Source: an uncultured bacterium (GTDB lineage Bacteria > Krumholzibacteriota > Krumholzibacteriia > WVZY01). From it: a stretch of 39,015 bases of DNA. A program made the position numbers and the translations under genes. Below the pieces are notes generated by a model that made no database searches, had not been told where the DNA came from, and was given only the letters and a program-made list of their open reading frames with translations. Positions 17,035 to 25,236 of this stretch are shown here, piece after piece. The stretch lies in contig CAZYCB010000047.1 in the NCBI GenBank assembly GCA_964645735.1, positions 1-39,015 on the forward strand, read 5' to 3'. Position 1 is the first letter of the stretch, and every line of letters starts with the position of its first letter.

Positions 17035-18284
17035 TCCGCGATGCGCCGGATGCTGGCCCCCAGCTTCCGGAGTTTTTTCTCGATCGCCTCGTATCCCCTG
17101 TCGATATGGTACACGCGGCGTATCTCCGTTCGCCCTTTGGCCATCAGTCCGGCGATGATCAGCGCGGAGCTCGCACGAATATCCGTGGCCATGACCGGCG
17201 CGCCCACGAGCGTCTTGACGCCCCGTATGACGGCGATGTTGCCGTCGAGACGGATGTTCGCGGCCAGCCGGCGGAGCTCCGGTATGTGCGTGAACCGGTC
17301 CGTGTATATCGTGTCCTTGACCGTGCTCGTTCCCCGCGCACGGCAAAGAACCGCCGTAATCTGCGCCTGCATATCGGTGGGAAATCCGGGATACTCCCGC
17401 GTCACGACATGGATAGCTTCGATCCGATCTGGTCCTTCGACATCGATGCTGTCCTTGCCGATATCGATCCGGGCCCCGCACGATCTGAGCGAATCGATGA
17501 CCTCCTCGAGGTGCGACGGATCGCATCTGACCAGCTTCACCCGCCCTCCCGTGGCCACCGCTGCGGCCGCGAAGGTTCCCGCTTCGATCCGATCGGGCAT
17601 CACGCGATATCGGAGCGGCTCGATCGACTCGACGCCCTCGATGATCATGGTAGGTTGGCCGATTCCTTCGATCTTCGCCCCCGCGCTGACGAGCGCTCTT
17701 GCGAGCTCGGTGATGTCCGGCTCGAGGGCGGCGTTCTTGATCGTCGTGATTCCCTTCGCGAGCACGCACGCCATCAACGTTTGTCCGGTGGCGCCGACGC
17801 TCGAGATCGGGAAGACGATTTCGGCGCCCTTGAGTCTTCTCGCCGTTGCGTTGATGTATCCGCGATCGAGCGTGAGCTTCGCGCCGAGCCGCTCGAGGGC
17901 CATCAGATGAAGATCGATCGGGCGAGGCCCCCAGGCACACCCCCCGGGCATGCTCACGCGAGCCCTTCGGTGCGCCGCGACGAGTGGGCCGAGAACGTAG
18001 ATCGAAGCCCGCATCGTTCGAACGAGATCGTACGGCGCCTCGAGACGCTTGAGTCGAGAGGTGTCGATGGTGAGAACGTGTTTCTCGAACGTCACGCGAG
18101 CCCCGAGGATCTCGAGGAGCTGGATCATCGTCTGGACGTCCCTGAGCATCGGAACGTTCTGGATGACGCTCTTTCCGCGCGCAAGCAGCGACGCCGCCAT
18201 GAGCGGCAGTACCGCGTTCTTCGCCCCGTTGATTTCCACGGTTCCGCGGAGTTCGCAGGGACCGTGAATGACAAACATGTCCAT
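17031..18284 (-). CDS. murA: UDP-N-acetylglucosamine 1-carboxyvinyltransferase
   Basis: 417 aa. LRGTVEINGAKNAVLPLMAASLL and the active-site loop GGCAWGPRPIDLH (Cys115 equivalent). AAGGAG upstream of ATG 18284. Confidence 0.96.
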   Translation of the reverse strand: MDMFVIHGPCELRGTVEINGAKNAVLPLMAASLLARGKSVIQNVPMLRDVQTMIQLLEILGARVTFEKHVLTIDTSRLKRLEAPYDLVRTMRASIYVLGPLVAAHRRARVSMPGGCAWGPRPIDLHLMALERLGAKLTLDRGYINATARRLKGAEIVFPISSVGATGQTLMACVLAKGITTIKNAALEPDITELARALVSAGAKIEGIGQPTMIIEGVESIEPLRYRVMPDRIEAGTFAAAAVATGGRVKLVRCDPSHLEEVIDSLRSCGARIDIGKDSIDVEGPDRIEAIHVVTREYPGFPTDMQAQITAVLCRARGTSTVKDTIYTDRFTHIPELRRLAANIRLDGNIAVIRGVKTLVGAPVMATDIRASSALIIAGLMAKGRTEIRRVYHIDRGYEAIEKKLRKLGASIRRIAE

Positions 18285-18430
18285 CGAAACACTCCTTGCG
18301 ACCGGCCATCGGCGGATAACGACCGCCCACCAACGGATCGCCGCGGGCAGCGAGCGCGACGCAAGCTCTTTTCCCGCACCTGCTGCGTTTCGATTCTAGG
18401 GGATTTCGGCGAGGGCGACGAGGAGAAATC

Positions 18431-19327
18431 TCAAGCTTCGCGCGCGGTGACGACCCGATCGGAGTGCCCGTAGTCCTTGTGGACCGCGACATCGGCGAAC
18501 CCGCCCGACTCGAGCAGGGCCGCGACTGCGGGACCCTGTGCATCTCCGATCTCGAATGCGATGATCCCGCCGGGCGCGGTGACGCCGGGAAGGAGCGGAA
18601 TGACCTGCCGGTAGAAGCTCAGACCATCGGGGCCCCCGTCGAGGCCGAGGAGGGGCTCGTGGTCTCTCACCTCGGGGAGCAGTCGTTCGATGTCCGCCGT
18701 CGGTACGTAGGGCGGATTGCACGCGACCGCATCGAAGGCTCCCCGCTTGGCCTCGAGGAACTCCGCGGCGTCACGTTGGACGCAGCGAACCCGATCTTCG
18801 ACACCGTTGAGCGCCGCATTTTCTCTCGCAAGGGCGACGGCGCCTTCGTCCACATCCACGGCGGTGCAACCAAGATGCGGCAGGCGGCATACGAGCGATA
18901 CGCCGATCACACCGGTGCCGCAGCAGAGGTCGAGCAGTGCGAGCTCTCCATAACCGTTCTTCGTGCGGTGCGGACGAACCCGCGCGCGAAGGAACGCCTC
19001 GAGTTTCTCGACGAGAACCTCGGTATCGGGGCGCGGGATGAAAACCCCCCGCCGCATGTGAAAGGGAAGCGACATGAACTCCGCCGAGCCGAGAATGTAC
19101 TGGAGAGGCTCTCTCTCTCCCCTGCGGCGGAGAAGCGACTGGAACGTCTCCCGGCTTGCGCGATCGATGACCCGGTACGGGGTCAGGTAGAGCTCCGGCG
19201 ACCGGCAGCCGAGGACGTGAGCGAGAAGCCAGTCGGCGTTTCGCTTGGCGTTGGGAACTTCGCGTTCGACGAGGTAGGTCTCGGCGTCCTTGAGAAGCTG
19301 CAGGATATCGGTGAGATCAGAGAGCAT
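18431..19327 (-). CDS. prmC: peptide chain release factor N5-glutamine methyltransferase
   Basis: NPPYV motif (ACNPPYVPTAD) and SAM site LLDLCCGTGVIG. Downstream of prfA. ATG 19327 (MLSDLTDILQ) is preferred over the ORF-track start 19372. Confidence 0.9.
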   Translation of the reverse strand: MLSDLTDILQLLKDAETYLVEREVPNAKRNADWLLAHVLGCRSPELYLTPYRVIDRASRETFQSLLRRRGEREPLQYILGSAEFMSLPFHMRRGVFIPRPDTEVLVEKLEAFLRARVRPHRTKNGYGELALLDLCCGTGVIGVSLVCRLPHLGCTAVDVDEGAVALARENAALNGVEDRVRCVQRDAAEFLEAKRGAFDAVACNPPYVPTADIERLLPEVRDHEPLLGLDGGPDGLSFYRQVIPLLPGVTAPGGIIAFEIGDAQGPAVAALLESGGFADVAVHKDYGHSDRVVTAREA

Positions 19328-19449
19328 GGTGTGGAAGTGCGCTGATCGTCCACCGCGGGTCCTGTCGGCCATCCGCCCACGGCCGTGCTCGCAGGCTGCG
19401 CGCGGGCGCGGGCGCCCGTGGCCGCCACCCGCGGTTGCTCGGCGGCGCT

Positions 19450-19552
19450 CTGCAGGGTCGTTGAGAGCCCTTAGCGGGAGCGACCGAGGATCGCCCGCCG
19501 CCAGGCGGGAAGCCGAGGGAAGCGGAGCTCAGGGCTCGAAATGACCCTGCAG
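19450..19552. repeat. ~104-nt palindromic intergenic repeat, copy 1 (between prfA and prmC)
   Basis: ctgcagggtcgttgagagccc...gggctcgaaatgaccctgcag. About 95% identical to 27535-27638, in the same orientation. Confidence 0.9.
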
Positions 19553-19567
19553 AGCACGCTTGCCGAA

Positions 19568-20629
19568 TTACTTCTTGATCTTTTCCACGACGTCGGCCTG
19601 GCGGAGGGCGGCGATCACCTCGTCGAGGTTGCCATCGAGGATTTCACCGAGCCGATGGATCGTCAGTCCGATCCGGTGATCCGTCACCCGCTGCTGCGGG
19701 TAGTTGTACGTCCGGATCTTTGCGCTTCTGTCGCCGGAACCCACCTGGCTCTTGCGTTCCTGTGAGATCTTTTCTTCCTGTTCCTTCTCGGCTTTCTCGA
19801 GAAGACGAGCCCTCAGAACCTTGAGCGCCTTTTCCTTGTTCTTGTGCTGGGATTTCTCGTCCTGACAGCTGACCACGATCCCGGAGGGGATGTGAGTCAC
19901 ACGCACGGCCGTTTCCACCTTGTTCACGTTCTGGCCGCCTGGACCGCTCGAACGGAAGACATCGATGCGCAGATCCTTGGGATCGATCTCGACCTCGACT
20001 TCCTCGGCCTCGGGGAGCACAGCGACGGTGACTGCCGACGTGTGGATCCTGCCGCTCGCCTCGGTCGCAGGGACGCGCTGGACTCGGTGCACGCCCCTTT
20101 CGTACTTGAGCATCCCGTACGCGCTGTTGCCCTCGATGAGAAATATCACTTCCTTGAATCCGCCGATGCCCGTGGGATTGCTCGAGAGGATGTCGATCTT
20201 CCACCCTTTCGCTTCCGCGAAACGCATGTACATCCGCATCAGATCGGCGGCGAAGAGGTTCGCCTCTTCCCCTCCCGTTCCCGCGCGGATCTCGACGATC
20301 GTGTTCTTCGAATCGAAGGGATCCTTGGGAACGAGAAGGATCGTGAGTTCGTCCTCCAGACGGCGGCGCGTTTCACCGAGCTCCTCGACCTCCGCTTTCG
20401 CCATCGACACGAGTTCGGAGTCCTCGTTCGCCCGTATCACGGCCTCGTCGTCGTCGATCGTCTTGTACACGCCGCCGAGCCGCCTGGCAACGGCAGCGGC
20501 GCCCTCAAGGTCCGCCCGCTCTTTGGCAAACTTCTTGTACTGGTTGGGATCCGAAAAGACCGCCTCATCGCTCATCCGCTCGGTGAGCGCCTGGTATTTC
20601 GACAGAATCTGCTCGACGTGTTCTCGCAT
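19568..20629 (-). CDS. prfA: peptide chain release factor 1
   Basis: 353 aa. GGQ ([10 protein letters not shown]) and the RF1-type PxT tripeptide ([13 protein letters not shown]). Confidence 0.97.
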   Translation of the reverse strand: MREHVEQILSKYQALTERMSDEAVFSDPNQYKKFAKERADLEGAAAVARRLGGVYKTIDDDEAVIRANEDSELVSMAKAEVEELGETRRRLEDELTILLVPKDPFDSKNTIVEIRAGTGGEEANLFAADLMRMYMRFAEAKGWKIDILSSNPTGIGGFKEVIFLIEGNSAYGMLKYERGVHRVQRVPATEASGRIHTSAVTVAVLPEAEEVEVEIDPKDLRIDVFRSSGPGGQNVNKVETAVRVTHIPSGIVVSCQDEKSQHKNKEKALKVLRARLLEKAEKEQEEKISQERKSQVGSGDRSAKIRTYNYPQQRVTDHRIGLTIHRLGEILDGNLDEVIAALRQADVVEKIKK

Positions 20630-20662
20630 GGAACGGTTCTCCGCGGCGGTGGTGACGTGCCG

Positions 20663-21574
20663 CTAATTGGACGGGATCCGCAGCTTGACCGCCTGGCGGT
20701 CCAGACACGCGTCGAGCGCGGCGATGGCGACTTCGAGCATATCGTCGGTTGGCGGTTTCGTCGTGATCCTCTGGAGCGCCAGCCCGGGCCAGATGGCCGG
20801 CTTGAACAAACCGGCGAACGTCTTCTTCGCCGATAGTTTGATGAACTCGAAGGAGATCCCGGCGATGAGCGGTATGAGCGCAAACCGCAGCAGCCGGTCG
20901 CCGATGGTGTGGGGTCTCCCGAGAAACACGAAAACGACGACGCTCACGAGCATCACGACGATGAGAAAACTCGTCCCGCATCTCGGGTGGAACGTCGGGT
21001 ACTTTCTCGCGTTCTCCGCCGTGAGCTCCTCTCCCGACTCGAAGGCGAAGATCGTCATGTGCTCGGCGCCGTGGTACTGGAAGACCCTTCTCATCTCCTT
21101 CCACCGGGAAATGGCGAATATGTAGAGGAGAAAAACGGCCAGCCGGAAAGCGCCGTCGACGAGGTTGAAGACGACTCCGTTCTCGAAGCCGAGGAGTTCC
21201 GTGAGCAAGAGCGGGATATAGAAAAAGATGAGGAACCCTAGCGCGAGGGCTATTACGACGGAGCCGACGAGCGCGATCGACGTCCCGAGTTTTCCCTTTT
21301 TCTTTTTGCGCGATTCCTCCTCGTCCACCGCCTGCGCCGCTGAGAAAGTCAGCGACTGTACGCCTATGTAGAGCGTTTCGACGAGCGCGAAGGCACCCCG
21401 CACGACAGGGATGTTGAGGACTTTCCAGCGGCGGACGACGCTGGTGAACGGCGTTTTCTGAATGACGATCCTGCCCTGCGGCGTTCTCACAGCGGTGGCG
21501 TACTGCGTTGGAGAGCGCATCATGACGCCCTCGATCACAGCCTGCCCGCCGATGCTGGAACGGTTTTCAGACAT
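20663..21574 (-). CDS. DUF1385 (YqhQ-like) membrane protein
   Basis: 303 aa. IGGQAVIEGVMMRSP, YHGAEHM and HPRCGTSF motifs plus several TM helices. Conserved rpmE-DUF1385-prfA-prmC gene order. Confidence 0.85.
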   Translation of the reverse strand: MSENRSSIGGQAVIEGVMMRSPTQYATAVRTPQGRIVIQKTPFTSVVRRWKVLNIPVVRGAFALVETLYIGVQSLTFSAAQAVDEEESRKKKKGKLGTSIALVGSVVIALALGFLIFFYIPLLLTELLGFENGVVFNLVDGAFRLAVFLLYIFAISRWKEMRRVFQYHGAEHMTIFAFESGEELTAENARKYPTFHPRCGTSFLIVVMLVSVVVFVFLGRPHTIGDRLLRFALIPLIAGISFEFIKLSAKKTFAGLFKPAIWPGLALQRITTKPPTDDMLEVAIAALDACLDRQAVKLRIPSN

Positions 21575-21620
21575 AGTATGGTCGGACTACCGCCGGGGGA
21601 ACGTGTTTGCGAGGACCGGC

Positions 21621-21830
21621 CTAGTCGGAGTCTTTGTAATTGTACTTGTTCCGGAAACGCTCGACGCGGCCGGTGGAGTCAACGAGCTTCTGCTTCCCGG
21701 TGAAGAAGGGGTGGCAGCTGGAACAGATCTCGACGTGGATGTTCTCCACGCTGGAGCACGTCTCGATGACGTTTCCGCAGTGGCACGTGATCTTGGTCGG
21801 CTTGTAATTAGGATGCGTCTTTTCTTTCAT
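21621..21830 (-). CDS. rpmE: 50S ribosomal protein L31 (zinc-ribbon type)
   Basis: 69 aa. MKEKTHPNY and two Cys pairs (CHCGN / [12 protein letters not shown]). Confidence 0.93.
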   Translation of the reverse strand: MKEKTHPNYKPTKITCHCGNVIETCSSVENIHVEICSSCHPFFTGKQKLVDSTGRVERFRNKYNYKDSD

Positions 21831-21936
21831 TGTGTCTCTCCCTCCGGTCGTTCTCCATCGCCGCCTTGCCCGTGTGTCCGGCCGTCTTCACTGCGGGATG
21901 GACTGCTGGGCGATCGGTCTGTGGTCTGGTTGGTGT

Positions 21937-21965
21937 AGTATAACCGGATATCGCGCCCCAGGCAA
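21937..21965 (-). promoter_or_regulatory. promoter for rpmE (TTGCCT-N17-TATACT)
   Basis: Minus strand: TTGCCT (21965-21960), 17-nt spacer, TATACT (21942-21937). About 100 nt upstream of rpmE. Confidence 0.5.
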
Positions 21966-21992
21966 CAGCGATTCCAGCGGCTCTCCGCCTTT

Positions 21993-23240
21993 CTACGCGT
22001 TCATCGATTTAAGGAACGCCGTGTTGTCTTTCGTCTTGCTGAGTTTATCGAGGAGGAACTCCATCGCCTCGACGAGAGGTTTTTCGTTGAGGAACTTCCT
22101 CAGAATGCAGATCTTATCGAGATCTTTCTTGGGAAGAAGAAGCTCTTCCTTGCGCGTTCCCGACCGGAAGATGTCGATCGACGGGAAGATCCGTTTATCG
22201 ACGAGGCGGCGGTCGAGATTGATCTCCAGGTTTCCCGTGCCCTTGAATTCCTCGAAGATCACGTCGTCCATGCGGCTCCCCGTTTCGATGAGAGCCGTCG
22301 CGATGATCGTGAGACTTCCGTTGCCCTCGATGTTTCGCGCGGCGCCGAAAAATCTCTTCGGACGCTGGAGCGCGTTCGAATCCACGCCCCCGGAAAGGAT
22401 CTTGCCGCTGTGAGGAACCACGGCGTTGTGCGCCCGCGCGAGCCGCGTGATGCTGTCGAGCAGGATCACCACGTCTTTTCCGTGTTCGACGAGCCGCTTG
22501 GCCTTTTCGATCACCATATCGGCGACCTGGACGTGGCGCTCCGCGGCTTCGTCGAACGTCGAACTGATCACTTCCCCTTTGACCGATCGTTCCATGTCGG
22601 TCACCTCTTCGGGACGCTCATCGATGAGAAGAACGATGAGGTACACCTCTTTGTGATTCGTGGTGATCGAGTTTGCGATCTTCTGCATGAGGATCGTTTT
22701 TCCCGTCCGGGGAGGCGCTACGATCAGCGCGCGCTGCCCCTTGCCAATCGGCGTGAGGAGGTTGATCACTCGCATCGAGAGATCCTCATCATCCGTCTCG
22801 ATGTTCAACATCTCCTCGGGATACAGAGGTGTGAGGTTATCGAAGAACGGTTTCGTCTTCGCCACGTCGGGGTGTTCGAAGTTCACCGCTTCCACACGGA
22901 GAAGTGCGAAGTACCGCTCCGAGTCCTTTGGCGAACGAATTTGTCCGGAGATCGTGTCGCCCGTGCGCAGGTCGAATTTTTTGATCTGGGAAGGCGACAC
23001 GTAGATGTCGTCAGGGCCGGGCAGGTAGTTGTAGTCCGGAGAGCGGAGGAAACCGTACCCCTCGGGCAGGACCTGGAGCACCCCTTCGGCAAAGATCAGT
23101 CCGTTTTGCTGAGTCTGGGCTTCGAGGATCTTGAAGATCAGCTCTTGCTTGCGCATGCTGCTCGTCCCATCGATACTGAGGGAACCGGCAACCTCCATGA
23201 GCTGCGGGATCGTCTTGGCCTTCAGCTCGGCAATGTCCAT
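21993..23240 (-). CDS. rho: transcription termination factor Rho
   Basis: 415 aa. RNA-binding domain [14 protein letters not shown], Walker [10 protein letters not shown]-terminal [13 protein letters not shown]. Confidence 0.97.
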   Translation of the reverse strand: MDIAELKAKTIPQLMEVAGSLSIDGTSSMRKQELIFKILEAQTQQNGLIFAEGVLQVLPEGYGFLRSPDYNYLPGPDDIYVSPSQIKKFDLRTGDTISGQIRSPKDSERYFALLRVEAVNFEHPDVAKTKPFFDNLTPLYPEEMLNIETDDEDLSMRVINLLTPIGKGQRALIVAPPRTGKTILMQKIANSITTNHKEVYLIVLLIDERPEEVTDMERSVKGEVISSTFDEAAERHVQVADMVIEKAKRLVEHGKDVVILLDSITRLARAHNAVVPHSGKILSGGVDSNALQRPKRFFGAARNIEGNGSLTIIATALIETGSRMDDVIFEEFKGTGNLEINLDRRLVDKRIFPSIDIFRSGTRKEELLLPKKDLDKICILRKFLNEKPLVEAMEFLLDKLSKTKDNTAFLKSMNA

Positions 23241-23485
23241 CGACTCACTCTTAGTAGTAATGGCAATCCTCCTCCTCGTTGGCCCGACGCGAGGTCAGGA
23301 CCTTCGGCGGCGAAAGGGTGTCAACTCGATCTCCCCCGGGATCGTGCCCCTGGGAGATCCGTTCACTTATATGACTATGGCGCAAATCAGCTTCACGAAT
23401 TTGAAAATCTCAAGAGGGCTTGGCCTGGAGGGGCCGAGGGCGCCACAAAACCCGCCTATCCTGTCGCCCCAGCTGCATCAGCCGT

Positions 23486-23512
23486 CCGCCGTGCGGACGA
23501 CCCGCACGGCGG
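23486..23512 (-). terminator. perfect 11-bp GC hairpin between the TPR lipoprotein gene and rho
   Basis: CCGCCGTGCGG-5 nt-CCGCACGGCGG, ~150 nt after the lipoprotein stop. There is no U tract on either strand, so its function (terminator, processing or stability) is open. Confidence 0.3.
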
Positions 23513-23663
23513 GATGCCGTAACCCGTTCAGTGCAAATTCCATTCCAGAACAGTGACCCGGTGCCGGCTTCCACCCCAGAAGCAGGACCCGTCGATCACG
23601 TGTCCTGGGCGCCGGTCGTGCAGGCCCGGCGTTGTCAGCATGTGGGGCCGCGAACCTCGCCCG

Positions 23664-24773
23664 CTACGGGGTGCTCGTGCGCTTCCTCAATTCATCCCAA
23701 CGAAGCTCACACCGGCGAGCTTTTTCCTTGTCTCCAATTTCGTTGTACGCCCGGGTCAGCGCCCGCCACCCGTCCGCATCGTCCGGGGCGACAGCCACGT
23801 AGCGCTCGCCCCAGCTGGCGACTTCACGCCACTTCTCAGCGAACACGTAAGTCACCATGATATTCCGCAGCGTCTCGGGGTTATTGGGGCTGAGACCGAG
23901 GGCCTTTTCGTAGTAGGACACCGCTTTCTCGAGAGCCGCGGGGTCGTTGGTGTCCTTGCCCACGTTGAAATTCGCTACACCGAGATTGTAGAACAGCGTG
24001 ACGTCATCGGCGCCGATCTTGGCGCGGGCCTGCGCGGCCAGATCGAGAAAGACCGCCGCGAGTTTCCAATTCTTCTCGGCGACCTGGTCGTAGCCGATCT
24101 TCTCGATCGTCCTGTAGTTCGTCGGGTCCTCTTCCACGAGACGATTGAACCGCGAAGCGGCCTCCTCGGGCTTGCCGGACGCCGCAAGGACTTCGCCGGC
24201 GAGTCTCAACGCATCTCTGTAGTGCTGATCCGTTGGTTTCGCCAGTTCGAGTACCTTGTCGAAGTGGACGACGGACCTCGTGTAGTACTCGGCGCCCTGG
24301 CCGGTGCTGTCGGCGCTCTCTTCACCAAGCTTGGCGTAGATGGAGCCGAGCTGGAAGTGGCCCTTCTCGTCCAACGGGTCGGCGCGAACTGCCTTTTCGA
24401 GTTCGACGGCCGCGTCGGCGTAGCTCTCGTCCTTGATCTTGTTGAGGGCCGCGTTGTAGTGCCGCGCGAAGTTGCTCTGAATGTTGTTCTGGGCATCCGC
24501 TGCCCGTTTGGGGTCGATCTCGGCCGCTTTCTTGAAGTGCCCGTAAGCGAGCGCGACGCTGTCGAGAAAGCTGTATGCCACTCCAAGCTGGAATTCCGCC
24601 TCGGGATCGTTGGGATTCGCCGCCAGGGCTTCGTTCGCCGTCTTGATCGCCAGATCGTACCTGCCGGACTGGTTATGAAGGATCGCGCTCGTCGTCTGGA
24701 CGGACTTGCAGCCCGCCAGGACAACCGCGCACAGTACGATCGCCGCTCCGAATATCCATATCCGTGACTTCAT
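23664..24773 (-). CDS. tetratricopeptide-repeat lipoprotein
   Basis: ATG 24773 (GGGAGGG upstream) gives MKSRIWIFGAAIVLCAVVLAGC with lipobox LAGC. The body is made of TPR-like helical repeats. The ORF-track start 24836 is an upstream GTG. Confidence 0.8.
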   Translation of the reverse strand: MKSRIWIFGAAIVLCAVVLAGCKSVQTTSAILHNQSGRYDLAIKTANEALAANPNDPEAEFQLGVAYSFLDSVALAYGHFKKAAEIDPKRAADAQNNIQSNFARHYNAALNKIKDESYADAAVELEKAVRADPLDEKGHFQLGSIYAKLGEESADSTGQGAEYYTRSVVHFDKVLELAKPTDQHYRDALRLAGEVLAASGKPEEAASRFNRLVEEDPTNYRTIEKIGYDQVAEKNWKLAAVFLDLAAQARAKIGADDVTLFYNLGVANFNVGKDTNDPAALEKAVSYYEKALGLSPNNPETLRNIMVTYVFAEKWREVASWGERYVAVAPDDADGWRALTRAYNEIGDKEKARRCELRWDELRKRTSTP

Positions 24774-24848
24774 TCGATCATCCCTCCCGTAAGGATCGTC
24801 TTTCGGTAACGCCATGAGGTGCCGGGTGGAACCCACAGTGCCCGCTAT

Positions 24849-25016
24849 GGCAGAACCGGGTTGCCTTCGGGTAAGCCAGAAACTCGCAAAAGATTGTCCC
24901 GCACTCGTTGGTTCATGGATGGCGGTTGAGTAGCTTGACCTAAGGAAGGCGCCTCACACAGAATCTCACCGCAGCGGACGAGATGGAAATCCCACACAAA
25001 CGGGGGCGTTCCTGCC
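24849..25016 (-). ncRNA. candidate ~168-nt structured RNA (or structured 5' leader of the TPR lipoprotein gene) driven by the tandem promoters
   Basis: The predicted 5' end GGCAGGAACG (25016-25007) pairs with CGGUUCUGCC (24858-24849) in 9 of 10 positions. Internal helices are GCGGUGAG/CUCAACCGC and GUCCGC/GCGGGAC. No plausible ORF. Confidence 0.4.
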
Positions 25017-25019
25017 TCT

Positions 25020-25048
25020 TTTATAAGCGCTCCCCGTCTAAGTGTCAA
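25020..25048 (-). promoter_or_regulatory. proximal near-consensus promoter (TTGACA-N17-TATAAA)
   Basis: Minus strand: TTGACA (25048-25043), 17-nt spacer, TATAAA (25025-25020). Confidence 0.6.
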
Positions 25049-25051
25049 GGC

Positions 25052-25081
25052 ATTTTAGGGCGCTTCCGTCTTGCGTGTCAA
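25052..25081 (-). promoter_or_regulatory. distal near-consensus promoter (TTGACA-N18-TAAAAT), a 33-bp tandem duplicate of the proximal one
   Basis: Minus strand: TTGACA (25081-25076), 18-nt spacer, TAAAAT (25057-25052). The spacers are also similar between the two copies (plus-strand gcgctccccgtctaagtgtcaagg vs gcgcttccgtcttgcgtgtcaaagg). Confidence 0.55.
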
Positions 25082-25236
25082 AGGTTTTCGTCGCTCGCGG
25101 CAGAGGCGAACGCGCGCTGCGGGTCTCGCCGCACCCGGGCGGCGGGGCGGGCACGCCTCCCGCGCCTCGGATGGCAACTGTTTTTATAGCAACACGTTAG
25201 GATCGTACCCCGTCAACTGCCCATGACGGAAGAGGC

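Noticed and set aside
15079-18543. Over-extended ORF-track starts. Examples: selB as 1154 aa, gltX from 6138, gmk from 11840, tsaD from 38133, the second giant kinase from 34662, the lipoprotein from 24836.
   Set aside because: The extensions are Arg-rich low-complexity sequence overlapping the upstream gene in another frame. Internal starts give canonical N-termini and have SDs or ATGA coupling.
19373-19449. Extremely GC-rich stretch (GCGCGGGCGCGGGCGCCCG...) upstream of repeat copy 1, as a possible additional element.
   Set aside because: It has no second copy in the window and no clear stable hairpin or motif. It is probably just the prmC upstream spacer.
24925-24955. SRP-RNA-like string on the plus strand (GACCUAAGGAAGGCGCC vs the E. 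coli 4.5S GUCCGGAAGGAAGCAGCC), plus a cUUCGg hairpin on the plus strand at 24861-24874.
   Set aside because: It has no GNRA tetraloop and no AGCAGCC. Both strong promoters point the other way. The closing stem and apical hairpin have G-U pairs only on the minus strand. I kept it as a minus-strand candidate, though strand assignment is not fully settled.
24845-25048. 67-aa minus-strand ORF in the priA-lipoprotein intergenic region.
   Set aside because: Its TTG start codon is the -35 TTGACA of the proximal promoter. It has no SD and atypical codon usage, and it overlaps the candidate structured RNA.
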